A DNA stretch of 64,000 nt. Origin: Sphagnum compactum (lineage: Eukaryota). The position numbers and the translations under genes were made by a program. Positions 1 to 13,554 of the stretch are shown here, in pieces (the stretch's first letter is position 1; each line of letters opens with the position of its first letter). Location of the stretch: assembly GCA_965153455.1 (NCBI GenBank), contig OZ234494.1, positions 6,572,001 through 6,636,000 of the forward strand, written 5' to 3'. The notes under the pieces are model-generated. The model did no database searches and had not been told where the DNA came from. It saw nothing but the letters and a program-made list of their open reading frames with translations.

Positions 1-1278
1 AAGGATTAGAAGGTCAAACTAGGGCCCAAAGACAGGCTGATTTTGCAGATAACTCTTTATATTTTACCCATAAAATCTGTGAGCTCAAAAGTGAGGTTCA
101 CATCAGGGCCATAATCTAAGTTTACGAGCCGACAGGTCATATCTGCCACATAAGCATATGGATAAGTCCCAAAACGAGTGGCTACCTGCTGAAACTCAAG
201 AAGGCAACTAGGACATCCTATTGTCTACATGACACGTCAGCATCCAAGGAAGCTTGCTGAGTATATCTAGTAGACGTAGGATTGAACATGTGTCAGGAAA
301 TAGTGAATCCTGACCCTTAAATAATAATAATAATTATTATTATCGTACCCTACCCAAATGGGAAGGTGGTTACATTTGGGATTGTCAGATTGGGTACCTA
401 GTTAAGGCCACTGGCAATTAATTGAATAAATAGAGACTTAAGTTAATTGCTAAGTTAATAAATAGTGGGCTAAGTTATTAAATAGGTACTTGCTAATTAA
501 TAATTTAGTTATAATTGCGCCGGGTTATTTATTAAAGCCGCCAAATAATTACAGGATGAGTATATATATATCATAATTATTAGGCTTATTGATTTGGGGA
601 TTTTATAAATGATTTTATTCAAAGCCAAATTGATGACTTGATGATCAAGAAGTCGAGATTCGAACCCTTAACCGATTGCAAGGTAGGTAGTGTTCACCGC
701 TAGTGAATTGTGGGTGGCGACCATGAGACTAGTAGGTAGTAAATTCCATCAGGTAGGTAGGTATCTAGACAGGGAGGTTCGTTTCACACATGAAGGACAC
801 ACGCACGCACAGCGAGAGCTGCAAGCGCAGCGCACATCGCAAAGTCTCCTCGCCTTCGCTTTTCTTCCGTCTCTCCGCGCACAATCTGTTGCGCTTCTCA
901 TGGAGATTATGATAATAAACGGATCCCGTTCCTGTTGTCGATCTCAGAGGAACTTTATTAGTTGCAAATTACGTTTTTTGGGTTCATGTTTCCAAGGATT
1001 TTGCCGTTGAACTTTTAGGGTTTTCGTTTTCCTTGTACAACCTTAGAACTACGAGAACAGAGACGGAGAGATCGTTCGTTCGTCTCGGCGATTGGATTTT
1101 TGCTATTTGGTTCAGGATTGGCGTTCTTTTTTCGTTTTATTTTTCCTCGAAGCGACGAAACCCACATCGCGTTATTTTGAGACTTTCGTTCTGTTATTGG
1201 GAAGTGCAGCAAACTGGAGACAGTCAGGGAGGGTGTGAGGGAGGTTAGTTGTGTCGTTGAAGAAGGAAGAAGAGGGAA

Positions 1279-4200
1279 ATGGCGCACAAGAAAAGGGTTA
1301 AGATTAGTAGACCGCGGCAGCAAAAGGTTTTGTAATTTTCGATCTTGGTTTTCCCCCCATTCTGTGTGTTGTTGCTACAGTGGGAGAAATTGGAGTTAAG
1401 AGGTGAAACTGCTTGTCTGCTTGCGAGTATTAGGGTTTTCTCTTTCTTTAGGGAAGCACGCTGGCTGCTGTGCTGTTAACGGTCTGGGAAAATAAAACTC
1501 TTTGCAACAATGTTGTGTGTAATGGGTGGCGATTTTGTGCTTCCGTGTGAATTGTTGACTTGGTTTGCGTCATTTTGATTGTGAATGGGGTCAGGAAAAG
1601 AAGACCTTGGATATCGCCAATTTGAATGAGCAGTTGGATTTGTTAGGTCTCAAAATATGCCCTGTTACTGCAGATGGCAACTGTTTTTTCAGGTGAGTCT
1701 TCTTCATGTAATTTGAGCCCCAGCTTTTTATTCTAGGTTTCTTTTCATAATTTTTTTTTGAGTCTTGAGATGGTGGAAAAAGAATTGGTGAGAGAGCAAA
1801 TTAGGTCAGATTGCTGACTTCCAATTGCAGTATAGAACAAGCACACAATCTATCCATGATTGGTTTTTCCTTAATGAGCAGACTTAGGTCAGATCCCTAG
1901 CATTTTTTCTGGTGTGTTTCTGGACAGGATGATATATTCATGAGTCAGAGGTAAAAAGAGCTTGCCCCTGACTTACATAGAGCGATGAGCAATCGAAGAA
2001 TGCAGTGTTTGATGAGCAATGGGTGTGAGTGCCACTGAGCAGAGCTATTGCAGATCAACTAGATGGACAGGAGGAGCAGCATGCAACATATCGACAATCA
2101 GTTGTTGATTATGTGCAGGTACAGTGCACGTTCATTGGCTGCTATAATTGTCTGCAAAAAGCTCTCGTTATCATGTAGTAGTGGCAGCGCAATTAACAAA
2201 GGCGCTGTATGGCTTACACCAGAGCCGTTATTGTCCCTCTTGTTTGTTGTTGTTCAACACTCATCTGGGTTCATCATATGCAGAAGCATCAAGAGGAATT
2301 TGAGCCGTTTGTAGAGGATGAGGTGCCCTTCAATGAGTATTGCAGTGCCATGCGGGAAGATGGTACATGGGCAGGGCACATGGAACTGCAGGCAACATCC
2401 CTAGTAACAGGTTGCAATATTTGTATTCATCAGGTAAAAGCAGCCATGCTCTTTACCTTTTATCAGAAAGAATATGGTTTTACAGTAGGCAAATAGTGGA
2501 CTCAGATGTTACAGCTAATTATTACTACAACTTCTGTGCATCTTGTACTTTGCAGCTCAAGACCCCCAGATGGCACATTCGCAATTTTGAAGGTGTTGAT
2601 ACTTTTACACTGCATCTGTGAGTTTTCCATGTCCTTCAGTTCTGCCATTTGGTTTTGCATTGGATGGGTGGGTGTGTATATCATATAGTGATGAGCTGTT
2701 CGTTCATTTTGAATCCGCTCATTTTTATGGGTTCAAGTCCTGCTGTAGCAGCCAGTTCTGGATGGCAGCTCATGTAATTACTTACTTCTTGAGAAATGTC
2801 TCTGAAAACATTTACGTAGCTGCTTTATGAGTTTTGAAAATTAATTGTCATTGATGGGGGTTATGCTTCCAAGGCAGATCCTATCATGATGGAGAGCACT
2901 ACAATAGTGTTCGGAGATTGGATGATGATGGAGGATGTCGGGCAAAACCCATCAGCATTGAGGTGAGGAGTTTGTATTCATTTACTTCTTAAACTAATTT
3001 TGCATGTTTGATGAAGCTAGATCTTGAGAGGTTAAGCTCTTCTCAGTTTTGGGGGCTCTTTGTCAAACAACACGCTCATGAGCAGGAGCATAGTTGCCAT
3101 CTTTCTCAAGCAGTATTATGTCTACTTGTTGAATGCAGGGGGATAGCAAGCCTTCCACCAAGCCACCACCATTGCCCAAGGACAAGTTGAATCATGGAGA
3201 ATGGGATGTGAAATCTGTGATGGAGAGCACTGGTTGCAGAAATGTGGACAAAGTGCAAGAAGTGAGTCCCTTCTTTTTCTGATTAGCTGAATTTCATTGG
3301 TTCTGTCTTGAGCAAGAAATGTCTGGTCTTCACTGGAAATGTGCACTTGCAATGGGAGGCTGTCTTTGGAAGTTTGCAGGAGCTGTTTGTGAAGTAGGAA
3401 CTAGGTATGTTAGATGGGCAAGGTACAGATAAGATGAGGTTCAATGGGAGCAATATAGACAGCAGTCCTGTTTCAATGCAGGGTTTGAACTTAGTCATTG
3501 GAGTGGCCCTGTACATGGAGGAATTGCATATGATGCTTTCATGGTAATGATTGGCATTATTTCTTCACCTGAAATCCAAGATGAGCCCAGCTTTGTTGCA
3601 GTACTGTGGAACATCTAATAGATTTGGTGCGGAAGCCATTTACTTAAATGTATCAAAACATGAAGCTTTTGTTGCAATGGGGGTGAACAACTACTACTTT
3701 TGGCAGTGGGGTGAAGACAAGTGACATCTTGAGTTCTGATTAGGTGTTGTTGTGGTGAGGGGATATGGACAGGTTTTGCAAGGGGTTTATGGTGACACAG
3801 ATGCAGCAGTTGAGTTTCTGACAGCGGAGTGTAGTGATGTTAGTCCTGCTTGCTCCTGTCAGAGAAGTTCCCACTCTTCAGAAGCCAGTGGTATGCTTCC
3901 CCCCCTCCTTTTTCCCAGCATCTTCTTCCAGCAGAACTTAGTCGAGTACAACTATCCAGCAGTTGGCTTTTCTTTATTAAATTCAGATTGCATCAACTCA
4001 GCATTTGTGGTTACAGATTTTATGGTGCTTCAAGAGTGTTAAGAGATTTTCTGGTTGGTTGGCACAGGTGAGACTTGTCACAACAGTTCACGTACAACAG
4101 CACAGGGTGGTGATAACAATCCAATGACATCAGAGGGTTCCTGCCTTGTAAGTGAAACTCAAGAAAGGTTTGTTTTTGATGCGGCTGGTCAAAATGCAAC

Positions 4201-4939
4201 CTTGCCACTGAAGGTCATTGTGTCTGAAATCAAAATCTGGGGGTGCAAACTTCGAATTGGGTCTAAAGTTACTTCTGGCTTTGATTGATGACATTGTTTT
4301 TCTGTTACCTCCATGTTGGTGAGGAGTTTCTCTGCAGTCTCAAAGGTGACAGGGAGTGAAATGTGTCAGTGGTTTATTGTGGCACAGGGTTCAGCTATGC
4401 ACAAGGCATGCCTCTGTGGGTCTAAACGCAAGTACAAGTCTTGCTGTGGTACCCAATGTCCAAAGCTTACCATAACTTCTGTACAAAGGTTGTTCTATCT
4501 GACTCATTTAAGTTTCCTGACACAATTTGAGTTATGTTCACATGTGATGTTTCTGCTTGAATGAAACATTCATAATTGTGTATTTTAGCCCTGTGCAATA
4601 TATCAGCAGCTCAGTTTTTATCAGTATTCTTTGCTAGGAACAATGTTTGTTCATCTGATAGTCTGAAATCTGCTCCATCAAACCCAGCATGCCCTGCTCT
4701 TGACTGGTTCAATTTTGGCCTACAACATGCTTTGGAAACTCATTCCACTTGTATATTGGGAAAGCCTATTGATTTCGAGGGTGATGTTCACATACCTGTG
4801 CTTGTGTTTGTGCAGGATGGATGAAGTGCCATCGCATAGGCTTAGGAAGCGAAGGTTGAAATTGGCAAAAGATCATGCCAATGAGCCTGTGCACAGTAAT
4901 GTTCCTCAGGCTGTTGATATGGGAGCTCTTTGCATTTGA
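1279..4939 (+). CDS. OTU7: OTU-domain deubiquitinase with UBA-like region and SEC-C motif (Arabidopsis OTU7 / human OTUD3-like), 11 coding exons, ~376 aa
   Basis: GT-AG exons read by eye: 1279-1326, 1595-1692, 2043-2118, 2284-2433, 2556-2617, 2878-2962, 3139-3261, 3773-3890, 4068-4213, 4388-4488, 4816-4939. Total 1131 nt, all phases consistent. Motifs: catalytic VTADGNCFFR, FEPFVEDEVPF, WAGHMELQA, SYHDGEHYNSVR, UBA-like VLQGVYGDTDAAVEFL, SEC-C CLCGSKRKYKSCCG and C-terminal DMGALCI*. Confidence 0.92.
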
Positions 4940-7123
4940 GCCAGAGATATCTTTTGAGAGTATGCTGACTCAGGATAGACTTTACAACAGGGTTATGACA
5001 TGTTTTGCCCCACCCAAAGGGTTTGGGAGGATTCACCATTGTTAGTTGTTAGAGGTACAGAATTACAAGGATTGAGAGATTCAGATTCTAGGTTGAATTT
5101 ACGTATGTAGTCAATGTGTAACTAGATTTCCTTTTTTGTACATTATCAAATTGAGGGGAATATGTAAAAGCAGCAGGGTTTCCAAACAAGAATTGGGATA
5201 TGATCCTGTGCCTAACAACAATTGGAATGTAGATATTAGCTTTTACACAACATTCCAGTCAGTTAATGTATTCATCCTGTTTCATCAAATACTGTGCCTT
5301 GGTATTGTTGAACAGTTGTACAGACATATTCCACTTTGGAGCAGCATTAGATCAACAGTAAATACCCTCCATCTCAAGGATGCAATTGAAGTACTTGTTT
5401 TGCAATGCATTCTCTCACAAACACATCACCCATATCCTACAGGCAGCAAGAAAAAGAAGTCATGGAAGAATAGAATTTTCATAGTGCATAATTTTAAAGA
5501 GACTGCCAAACACCCAGTGTGTTCAATAAGAGTAACTGGACAAGTGAAATGCCCCACTGTTGCAGAAATATTGCAAGTTCCAATCATGAAAATCAAGTGA
5601 TAGTCTTTCATCTACTAGGCCCTAGTCACAAAAGATCTCCTTTCATTGCTGAACAAATCTTCCAAGCTCCTAGATGGTAGAGGGTTTATAATCTTTCATC
5701 ACGAGGAAGGTGAAGCATCTCTTATTTCCTCTGTTGATGCTTCGAACATCCATTTCTTTTATAAGATGCCAGTGTGAATTGCAACAAATTGCAACTAATT
5801 AAAGTTGACTTTGGACATTTGCAGCAGTTGTTACCAAAACAAATGCTCTCTAATCTGTCAGGAGCAGAGAAGGGGAAGCACCTGATGGTGTTCTATGGTT
5901 GTGAGGTTGTTGACAGCTTGAAGAATGCTCCTCTTGTAGGTTTACTTGATACTCCATACTGAGCAGCATCAAAGTGCACATGCTCCAAAATCAAACCCAT
6001 AACAGCTAGAACCTCAGCAACAGTTACCTTCAAATCTGATATGGACACACAACTCTATAAATAATGCTGACACCACTATCCTGCAGGACCAAAGAGGCAC
6101 ATCAATATCAGTAGATGCTGACAGGTGTGTCAGAAAACTCACAACATAGTTCCAAAGGTTGCAAGATAATCTTCCAGGAAGGGAGGGATATTGGAACTTA
6201 ATAAGATCATCACCAGGAAGGGATATTGGAAGTGTGGCATGGACAGGAGTGTGGCCACAACAATGGATTTGTCACTAGGTTCCTCTCCCTCCTCCATTTC
6301 TTCTCCATGTGCAACTGCACAACTTCTTCCACAGAGTATCTCACTACATCACAACTGCAGAAAAGCTCTGGTAGAGCACCAATTGCAGCAGGGCTGCTTC
6401 ATGGATCTGAACCTTGGAACCTTTGCTTTGTATAGTATGATGAGGAGATTCCTTGGAAACTAACATGAGAGTAACCAGCAGCTCGTGAACCACTAATCTG
6501 TGTGCATCTAGGTCTTTGGGGAAACAATGCAATAGAGCCAACTGCCCGCAACAAACCAAGAGAGCACAACTGGCCACTTTGATCTGAGCTTTGATTTAAC
6601 TTGGGGCATCTGAAGTGGTATACACAACATGCTACATAAAATAAGAAGATAAGAATTGGACAGAGAGGGGACCACAACCAGAGGCATGTGAGTTGAACCA
6701 AAGAAGATGAATAAAATGCAAGAGAGGGAAGGAACAGTGGGTACATACGGGGAGAACCAACAGATGTTGTGCAGTTTGTCATTGCCACACTTACAGTGGA
6801 AGTCAAAATTGTGCTGTAGAAACCATGACTTTACACATTTTACAAGGTGCTCTTTCCAGAGTCTTAATTCTCTAGATAGGAATATGCAGGCTTCCTTCTG
6901 TGAGAGACTTGAGAAGCCATGATGTGTTACTGTGTGAAACAGCAACAGCAAGCATTTCACCATCCTAAAACATCTGGCCCAGGTGCCAGATGTAGAGTGA
7001 CCAATTGCTGAAAGTGGAGCAGAAAGCTAGGACACAACACAGGGGTCATCAAGGTTTGTGGAAATCTTACAAATGGAAAAAAACAAAAACCAAAAGGATT
7101 TGTGTGCAAGATCCCAAAGCAAA

Positions 7124-8809
7124 TTATTTTTCTTGTGGATAGCTTGTGGAGCTAGGCTTCAAAATTACGGTGGGTGATTTTCTTGAGGACCGTGACTTGT
7201 GCTCTAGCACCAGCTGATCAGCAAACCAATCAAGGCGCTCCCGATTGCTGGCAATCAGAGGCATTCGACCTCCAAATGGTAGGTGCTCCATGCTCTTGTG
7301 ATCGAGGACTTCATCTGCCAGCTGCATCAGTCTCTTTGTGTAAGTATGACTTCCAGCATCCATCTCTGCAGATGATCTGCTATGCAAGCCTGACATCTGT
7401 TCCAATACACCACCATTGTGAACATCAGTCCAAACCCCAAACAATTGTTTTGATGTCAAAATCATTGCAATGGACCATACATACAGCTAGTTCAGACACA
7501 CAAGAGGCAAGCAAGAGAGGGAGACAGTAGACACAGGAACAGTGCAGGTGGAATTGCTTTCAGACTTTCCAGACCCTCAAGGATAGAATTTTCCTTTGCA
7601 TCAGCAGTTTCATGTAATTGTTGCATTCCACAATTTGAAAGCATACAAGAAGAACTCTAGACTGCATGCTTTTTGCTTGCAGTGCACAATGTTGCAGGCT
7701 CAAGAAGAAGCAGGGGATACGAAACACCACCTTGAAAGCACAACCCATCATACCTGAATGCGAAGATACTGTTGCCGGAAATCGCCAAATGACATGCTGA
7801 TGGTATGATCTACCATATCAGAAATGCTGTCAAGGACAATATTGGCAATGGGTTTCACCCACTGAAATGCTCCCCATCCCCGCACTGTGTTGTAGGCGTA
7901 GGGCTGGTCCATCTGCCCCGTTCCAAGAGACAGGACCAGCAAGTCGTTCACTCCTTGTACCCGAGGAAACTCCAGCTTGTTATGCAGCACGTGAGTGACG
8001 GCGGCTGCTGTGGGATTGTGCATCACAACCCCGCCATCCACAGCGGTACAAGAGGTGTTGCCGTCCACGGAAGTCATGTAAGCGGGTTTGAACAAGGAAG
8101 GCACGGCAGTAGTGGCTCGACATACTTCCCACAGGTTGAAATTCCACGTCTGATTCTCCAGAGCGTCGGCTCTGGAAAACAGAAACGGTCCTGCAGTGGC
8201 GAGATCGTAACAAGGGATGAGCACTGGCTTCATTGTATCTCTCAGTGTCAGAGGTCTTCCGTCGCGTATCAAGTATTGTTTCAACAATGCCTCCAGGCGC
8301 TTGCTGGAGAATCTGGGGCGCATAAGCCCCCGCAATCTGGACCACATTCTTGATGTCGGAAGAAGCTGGTTGAAGAAGACACTCCTTCCTTTCTCGGCGA
8401 TCAGCTTCCAAGTCTCCTCCGCTGTGAACAGGGGCCTATCGTTTGCATCGCACGCACAAAGCATGGTTGCCAGAATACCGCCTACACTAGTCCCGGCAAC
8501 AACATCAAAATAGTCAGCAATGCGAGCTTCAGAGTTGCCACTCTTGCGCTTCAGAAGCTCCTCCAAGTACGCCAACACACGCGCTGGTATGATACCCCTC
8601 AACATTCCGCCGCCTCCATCAATACTGAGAATACAAACCTTGCCTCTCTCTCCTCCTCCTCCTCCTCCACTCTCCCATACCTGCTGCATAGCTGCTGCTG
8701 CTGCTCCTCCTCCATACTCCTTCACGTGCAAACAATCCCGGTGCAAACACTCGTTATTATGTTCACCAACTGCTGCTGCTGCTGCTGCTTGCCATTCCAC
8801 TCCCGGCAT
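7124..8809 (-). CDS. pPLAIII: Patatin-related phospholipase A, group III (pPLAIII/PLP6-9-like), 2 exons, ~442 aa
   Basis: Exon 1 8809-7754 (ends YLRIQ|GT). Exon 2 7396-7124 (after ggaacag; MSGL...LDWFADQLVLEHKSRSSRKSPTVILK). Motifs: ILSIDGGG, ARIADYFDVVAGTSVGG, KPVLIPCYDL, FLFSRADALE and DGGVVMHNPTAAAVTHVLHNK, typical of plant pPLAIII. Confidence 0.92.
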
Positions 8810-9419
8810 AATTCTGAACTAAATCAGAAGAGAAAAACACACTCCCGCTTGAAAAAATCTTTTCCTTGCCTCCAAACTAGTAACGTCTAGCCGTCGTCAA
8901 AACACACACACGAGTTCCACGCCTGCCCAGTCTTCTTCTTCTTCTTCTTATTCTTAAAAACAATCACGCACTACTACTACTACTACACAATCTCCATAAC
9001 AAACACATATGAACAACGACGAACATCACACCGTCTGATCTTCAAACAACTCCAACAAAACACAAAGCGGACCAAAAACACAAACCAAAGAAGATATATG
9101 TATACTCCACACCAGCAGCAACAGCAGTCCAATTCATTCTACCGTTCCAGTCTCCTCCTGCTCCTCCTACTGGTCTTCAACGGAATACTAAAAACTAATG
9201 AGGGAAGCAGCACCAAGACACACAAGAAACACACACACACACAAATGTGTTGTGGAGAAGACGAAGGAAAGGCAGCTAGCGAACTCGCTCTCGTTATTTT
9301 TGTTGTAGTGGCGGAGGCAGAAAGGAAGGAAGGAAGAACGTTGAGAACACTGCAATGGCGACATATCCAACGCACTCACAACGCACCAGCAATGCACTCT
9401 CAACGTAAAAAACTAAAAA

Positions 9420-9530
9420 GAAGACGAAGAAGAAGAGGAGGAGAATAGTTAGGAAGAAGGAGCTCCTTCAGGGAGCGGGGTGGCCCTCCTTTTGTGCCAA
9501 ACCCTTTTTTGGCTGCTTATATATATATAG
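9420..9530 (-). promoter_or_regulatory. Probable core promoter/5' leader of the patatin gene (TATA-like tract followed by a CT-rich leader)
   Basis: TATATATATAAG on the minus strand at ~9529-9516, followed by a pyrimidine-rich (CTT/CCT) tract 9460-9420. An AG acceptor at ~8815 just before the ATG suggests a 5'UTR intron. Confidence 0.35.
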
Positions 9531-10310
9531 CCAAAAAGAGAAATTCAAAATTCAAAGTGGTTTTGGGAAATTTTCAGTAGCCATAATTCGACCAAATTTT
9601 AAAGAAAAATCTCCAGAGTTCTTCTATACCTGCATAACCAGGTAGGTAGCGAAAGATACAGAAGGATTTTTTTTTTCGGGGGGCTCGTTATATATGTGGC
9701 CAGAAAAAACGAAAACAATTAGTATTATAAATCGTTTTTGAGGTTTTCGATAGCCATAATTGGACCAAAATTTAAGAAAAATTGCCAGAGTTCTAAACCT
9801 ACATGGTTCAAGTCTGTAGCCAAAGATATAGAAGGATGTTTTAAATTTGTTTTCGCTGGCTATGTATATATAGCCAAAAAAAGAAATAAAATATATTAAA
9901 AATGCTAAAATGAAAAGTTCTTTTTGAGATTCTCTATAGCCATAATTCGACCACAATTTAAGAAAAATTGCCAAAGTTCTATTCTTACATGCCTCAAGTT
10001 GGTAGCCAAAGAATAGAAGGATGTTTAAAAAAAATAAATCACTGGATATATATAGCCAAAAAACTAAAAAGAAAGTTCTAAAATTAGAATTGTTTTTTGA
10101 GATTCTCAATAGCCATAATTAGACCAAAATTGAAGGAAAATCACCAAATCTATACCCACATTGTTCAAGTAGGTGTATCCAGAAATATAGAGGGGTGTTG
10201 TTTTTGGGCTATGTATTGCCAAAAAAAAACCTTAGAGTACTAAAATTACAAGTATTTAAAAATAGATACAGTAGCCATAATTCGACCACAATTTAAGAAA
10301 AATCGCCATG
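9520..10310. repeat. Degenerate tandem repeat, ~162-186 bp unit, ~5 copies
   Basis: Anchor TAGCCATAATT(C/G/A)GACCA at 9578, 9751, 9937, 10110 and 10272; ATATAGCCAAAA recurs between anchors. Confidence 0.8.
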
Positions 10311-12999
10311 AATCAAGGGGGGGGGTGGGGGGGTGGGGGGGTCCAATCAGTGATTTTCTTGGGGCAAAAATTCACCATTTTGCTATTTAAAAAAAAAAAG
10401 GTCCCAAGCAACATGATCAAGAAATGTTTTTGGAAAATTTCCAACAAAATCGCCATATTTCAAGGAAGAAAGTTATGTACTCGCCAAGATTTTTTTGGAG
10501 GAGTTGGGGCGGATTTCTAGCTTTTCTTATTTTGAAATGGCGCCATATTTAGATAATAGGGTTGAGTGGTTTTCATGAACATGTAATGTAAAAGGATTCT
10601 TAGATTTTCTACTTCTTTAGTTGTGTTGTAGCCAAATTTGGCTAAATCCTCTTGTGGCTAAACACTGGGTCCAATGCTAGGTACCACCAAGTTTTTCAAC
10701 CCCACTCACACAAAACCTAAATTTCTTATATGAAAATCCATTCATTGGATAATGTGTGTGCACATATATATATATAGAAATAAAAATTAAAAAAATCTTT
10801 GATTTCAATTTTCTCATGTAACATCATTAACAACCATCCCAAAAAGGATTTGCCATTAATTGGCAACATGTTTATAAAAAAACTATTCAATTTCAAAACC
10901 ATAGGAAGAAATTGGCGAAACAATTATTGCAAAATTAAAACCTATGTCCAAATGTGGCAAGTTTTTTTGACCAAAAAATAAATAAATAAATCTCTTCATA
11001 ATTTGATGATTTTTTCAAAAAGGGAATTTGCAACACAATATTTCTTTTTAATTTTTGAGGTCATAAAAATTGCCAAAAATTTACCACCAAAACAAACTAC
11101 TAGGTGAGCCTCCTTTGCAATATACACTCATATTATTGTATTCATTGTAGTTGTAGTGGGATGAGGCTAGGGCCCGACCATATGTAGTAGTACTTCCTTA
11201 AAATTTTGTTGCATTGTAGTGTGAAGAGCGCCATAGGTACTTTACATAAATTATATTGCATTTTTATTGGGTTGGGGCCGTTCATACTTCAATAAATTCT
11301 TGCATTGTCATGTTATTGTTTTGCGTTCATACATACTTCGGTACACGAAAAGACCAAAAAAAAGAAAAAAAAGGGAGATGTGCAATTGGCCACCAACTAA
11401 GTTTGAGTGGCCGACTCTTCTCACTTTGTAAGGCCTAGCTCGAGGGGCCCTCATGCTATAGAGATATGGTCACTTATTTAATTGCTATAACAAATGCACA
11501 TTTTCAACCGAGGGTTTTTTTAAAACCAATTTTGTGATATTGAAAATTAGGTGAATTTTTCCCCAAAAAAGAAAAACTAACTGAACTAACACTAGTTTTT
11601 TTTTTTATTTTTTTTGAAATCAAAATTTCCCCAATTGTTTTGTTGAAAAAATGACAAAATATGTCAAGAAAATAAACATCAGTTAGAACATAGGAGGTGC
11701 CCAAACATGTCCAAAGATTGACCCTAGGTGGGATAGAGAGGCAATGAAAGACGGTTTGGAGCAATAATTGTTCAAAGAACCAATAACAAGTAAAAGCAAA
11801 TTTTTCATCACCATGAATTGATCATTGAACATGATGGGTGTGAGTGATAAGATATGTACAAGAAAGCTCGGAGAGTAGTTAAAAGCACAAGAGTAAAAAA
11901 CTACAAAACATGAATGCTCTTTGCAAAGGGCGTAAAATCACATGAACACAATGCAACTTATTGGGCAATTTGGGTTTCAAGCAACAAAATTAGAAGTCAA
12001 TTTCATAGGAATGATGTGTAAGGAAAGGTGTAATGACCCATTACTCAAAGATGCATGATGGCAATGGCAATGGGAATATTGTGTTCCAACAACTTGCAAC
12101 ACCTAATTGCCATCACTAGAAGGTAGTTTTTTGTTTTTCTCTTTAAGGTATTGTGTTCACATGGGCATTAAATGTCCCACCTATTTAATGACTTCCACCA
12201 TCATGGAGCCATCAAATGTGGTGAAGCAAAGTGTTATTAGGATCCTTGGCTATACCCCTTTCCTTGTGACTTTCTTTAGTACATGTGTTTATTATACCTC
12301 CAATAAAATTTCTCCTTTACCCAATGCACATAAATGTGTATATTGTCTCTTTAAAGTTGCCCTTTTGTCATGCAAATGAAAAAAGTCATGAACCTAACCT
12401 TGGACACACAAACAACATTCCTTCCCCATGATGAATGAGTCTTGAAATCACACAAAAACTTAGGCTTAACCACAAGACCTTGACATTAAAAAACTAAAAG
12501 AAATGCAAGTTCAAGAAGGAGGAATTCACATAGCCTATGTGACAAATGTATGAAAACTCTTGGTGAGAAAACTCTTTAAAACATCACAAAAAGAAATGTA
12601 ATCCCTTTGATGAATCCCATAATCACTCCAAAGATATAGACACAATAGCACAATTTGGAAATGCAAATATTTGGTTGCTCAACACATTTCTTATACCATG
12701 GGAAAGGTTTTGACCCATATTGGCTGGCTTTAAGGTCAAGGTATTGAGAAGTTGGGGAGGTTATTCTTTGTATATTTTATGAAGCATGTGAAATAAAGGG
12801 GAATTTTTTTTTATAATGTAACCTACCCTAGAGACATGTGTTTAATGTAAATATGTTATTTATTGAAATTAATGTCTCTTCAATTAATTGGTTGCAATCA
12901 CTTGAGTTGGGACTTTGAATTTTGGACATTGCCTTTGATAATAGGTTAATACCCTAGTACTTTGGACAATTCGACATTAAATTACATTATTCTCAGAAT

Positions 13000-13554
13000 T
13001 GTTCAAATTTTCCAAAATAATTTCTTCCAAATCAAAAAATATTTTGAAGGATAATAATTGAATATTTATGAATATTCCATTTGTTGAAATGAAAATTTCA
13101 AAATTAATTAATTATTTGACAGACATGTGTTGGAATGGCCAAGGTATTATGGTATTATGGAAGGGTGCACGACTTGATTCAAGACTCTTTGGAGCTACGG
13201 TGTGGAAGCTATTGATCATTGAAGCATCATTTTTTCAAGGAAAATTAAATAAAATTGAAACTGAACTGTATTGGAATTTGGGGGGCATTCTTGGTGTTGT
13301 TGGAAAGCCCTCAGCAAGTCGTATTTAATAGAGTTTATTTCACAATTTTAGGAGCTAAGGTGTGGAAGATATTGATTTTTGAGTGGATTTGGTTGCTGGG
13401 AATTCAAACAAATTGCAAAAATCAGGGTTTAGAAGGAAAATATCAATTGAGTCCTCAATGTGTTCACATTGCTAAATTTAGACATTTTCAACTCTGAAAA
13501 TGTGAAAAATAAAGAATGTGTTCACACTTGGGCCAACAACACAAGCCACACTAG
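13000..13554 (+). mobile_element. Dispersed non-autonomous repeat, possibly Helitron-like (ends CTAG|T)
   Basis: 13200-13550 closely resembles 59770-60065 (GAGTCCTCAATGTGTTCACA...CTTGGGCCAAC). 13000-13150 resembles 61590-61730. This copy ends ...CACACTAG|T at 13554. Confidence 0.5.

Noticed and set aside
7805-8822. ORFs 7805-8353, 7980-8411, 8217-8513 and 8520-8822
   Set aside because: Antisense or alternate-frame shadows of patatin exon 1.
9624-10109. 161-aa hydrophobic ORF
   Set aside because: Lies entirely within the ~175-bp tandem repeat; the repeated peptide reflects the DNA repeat.
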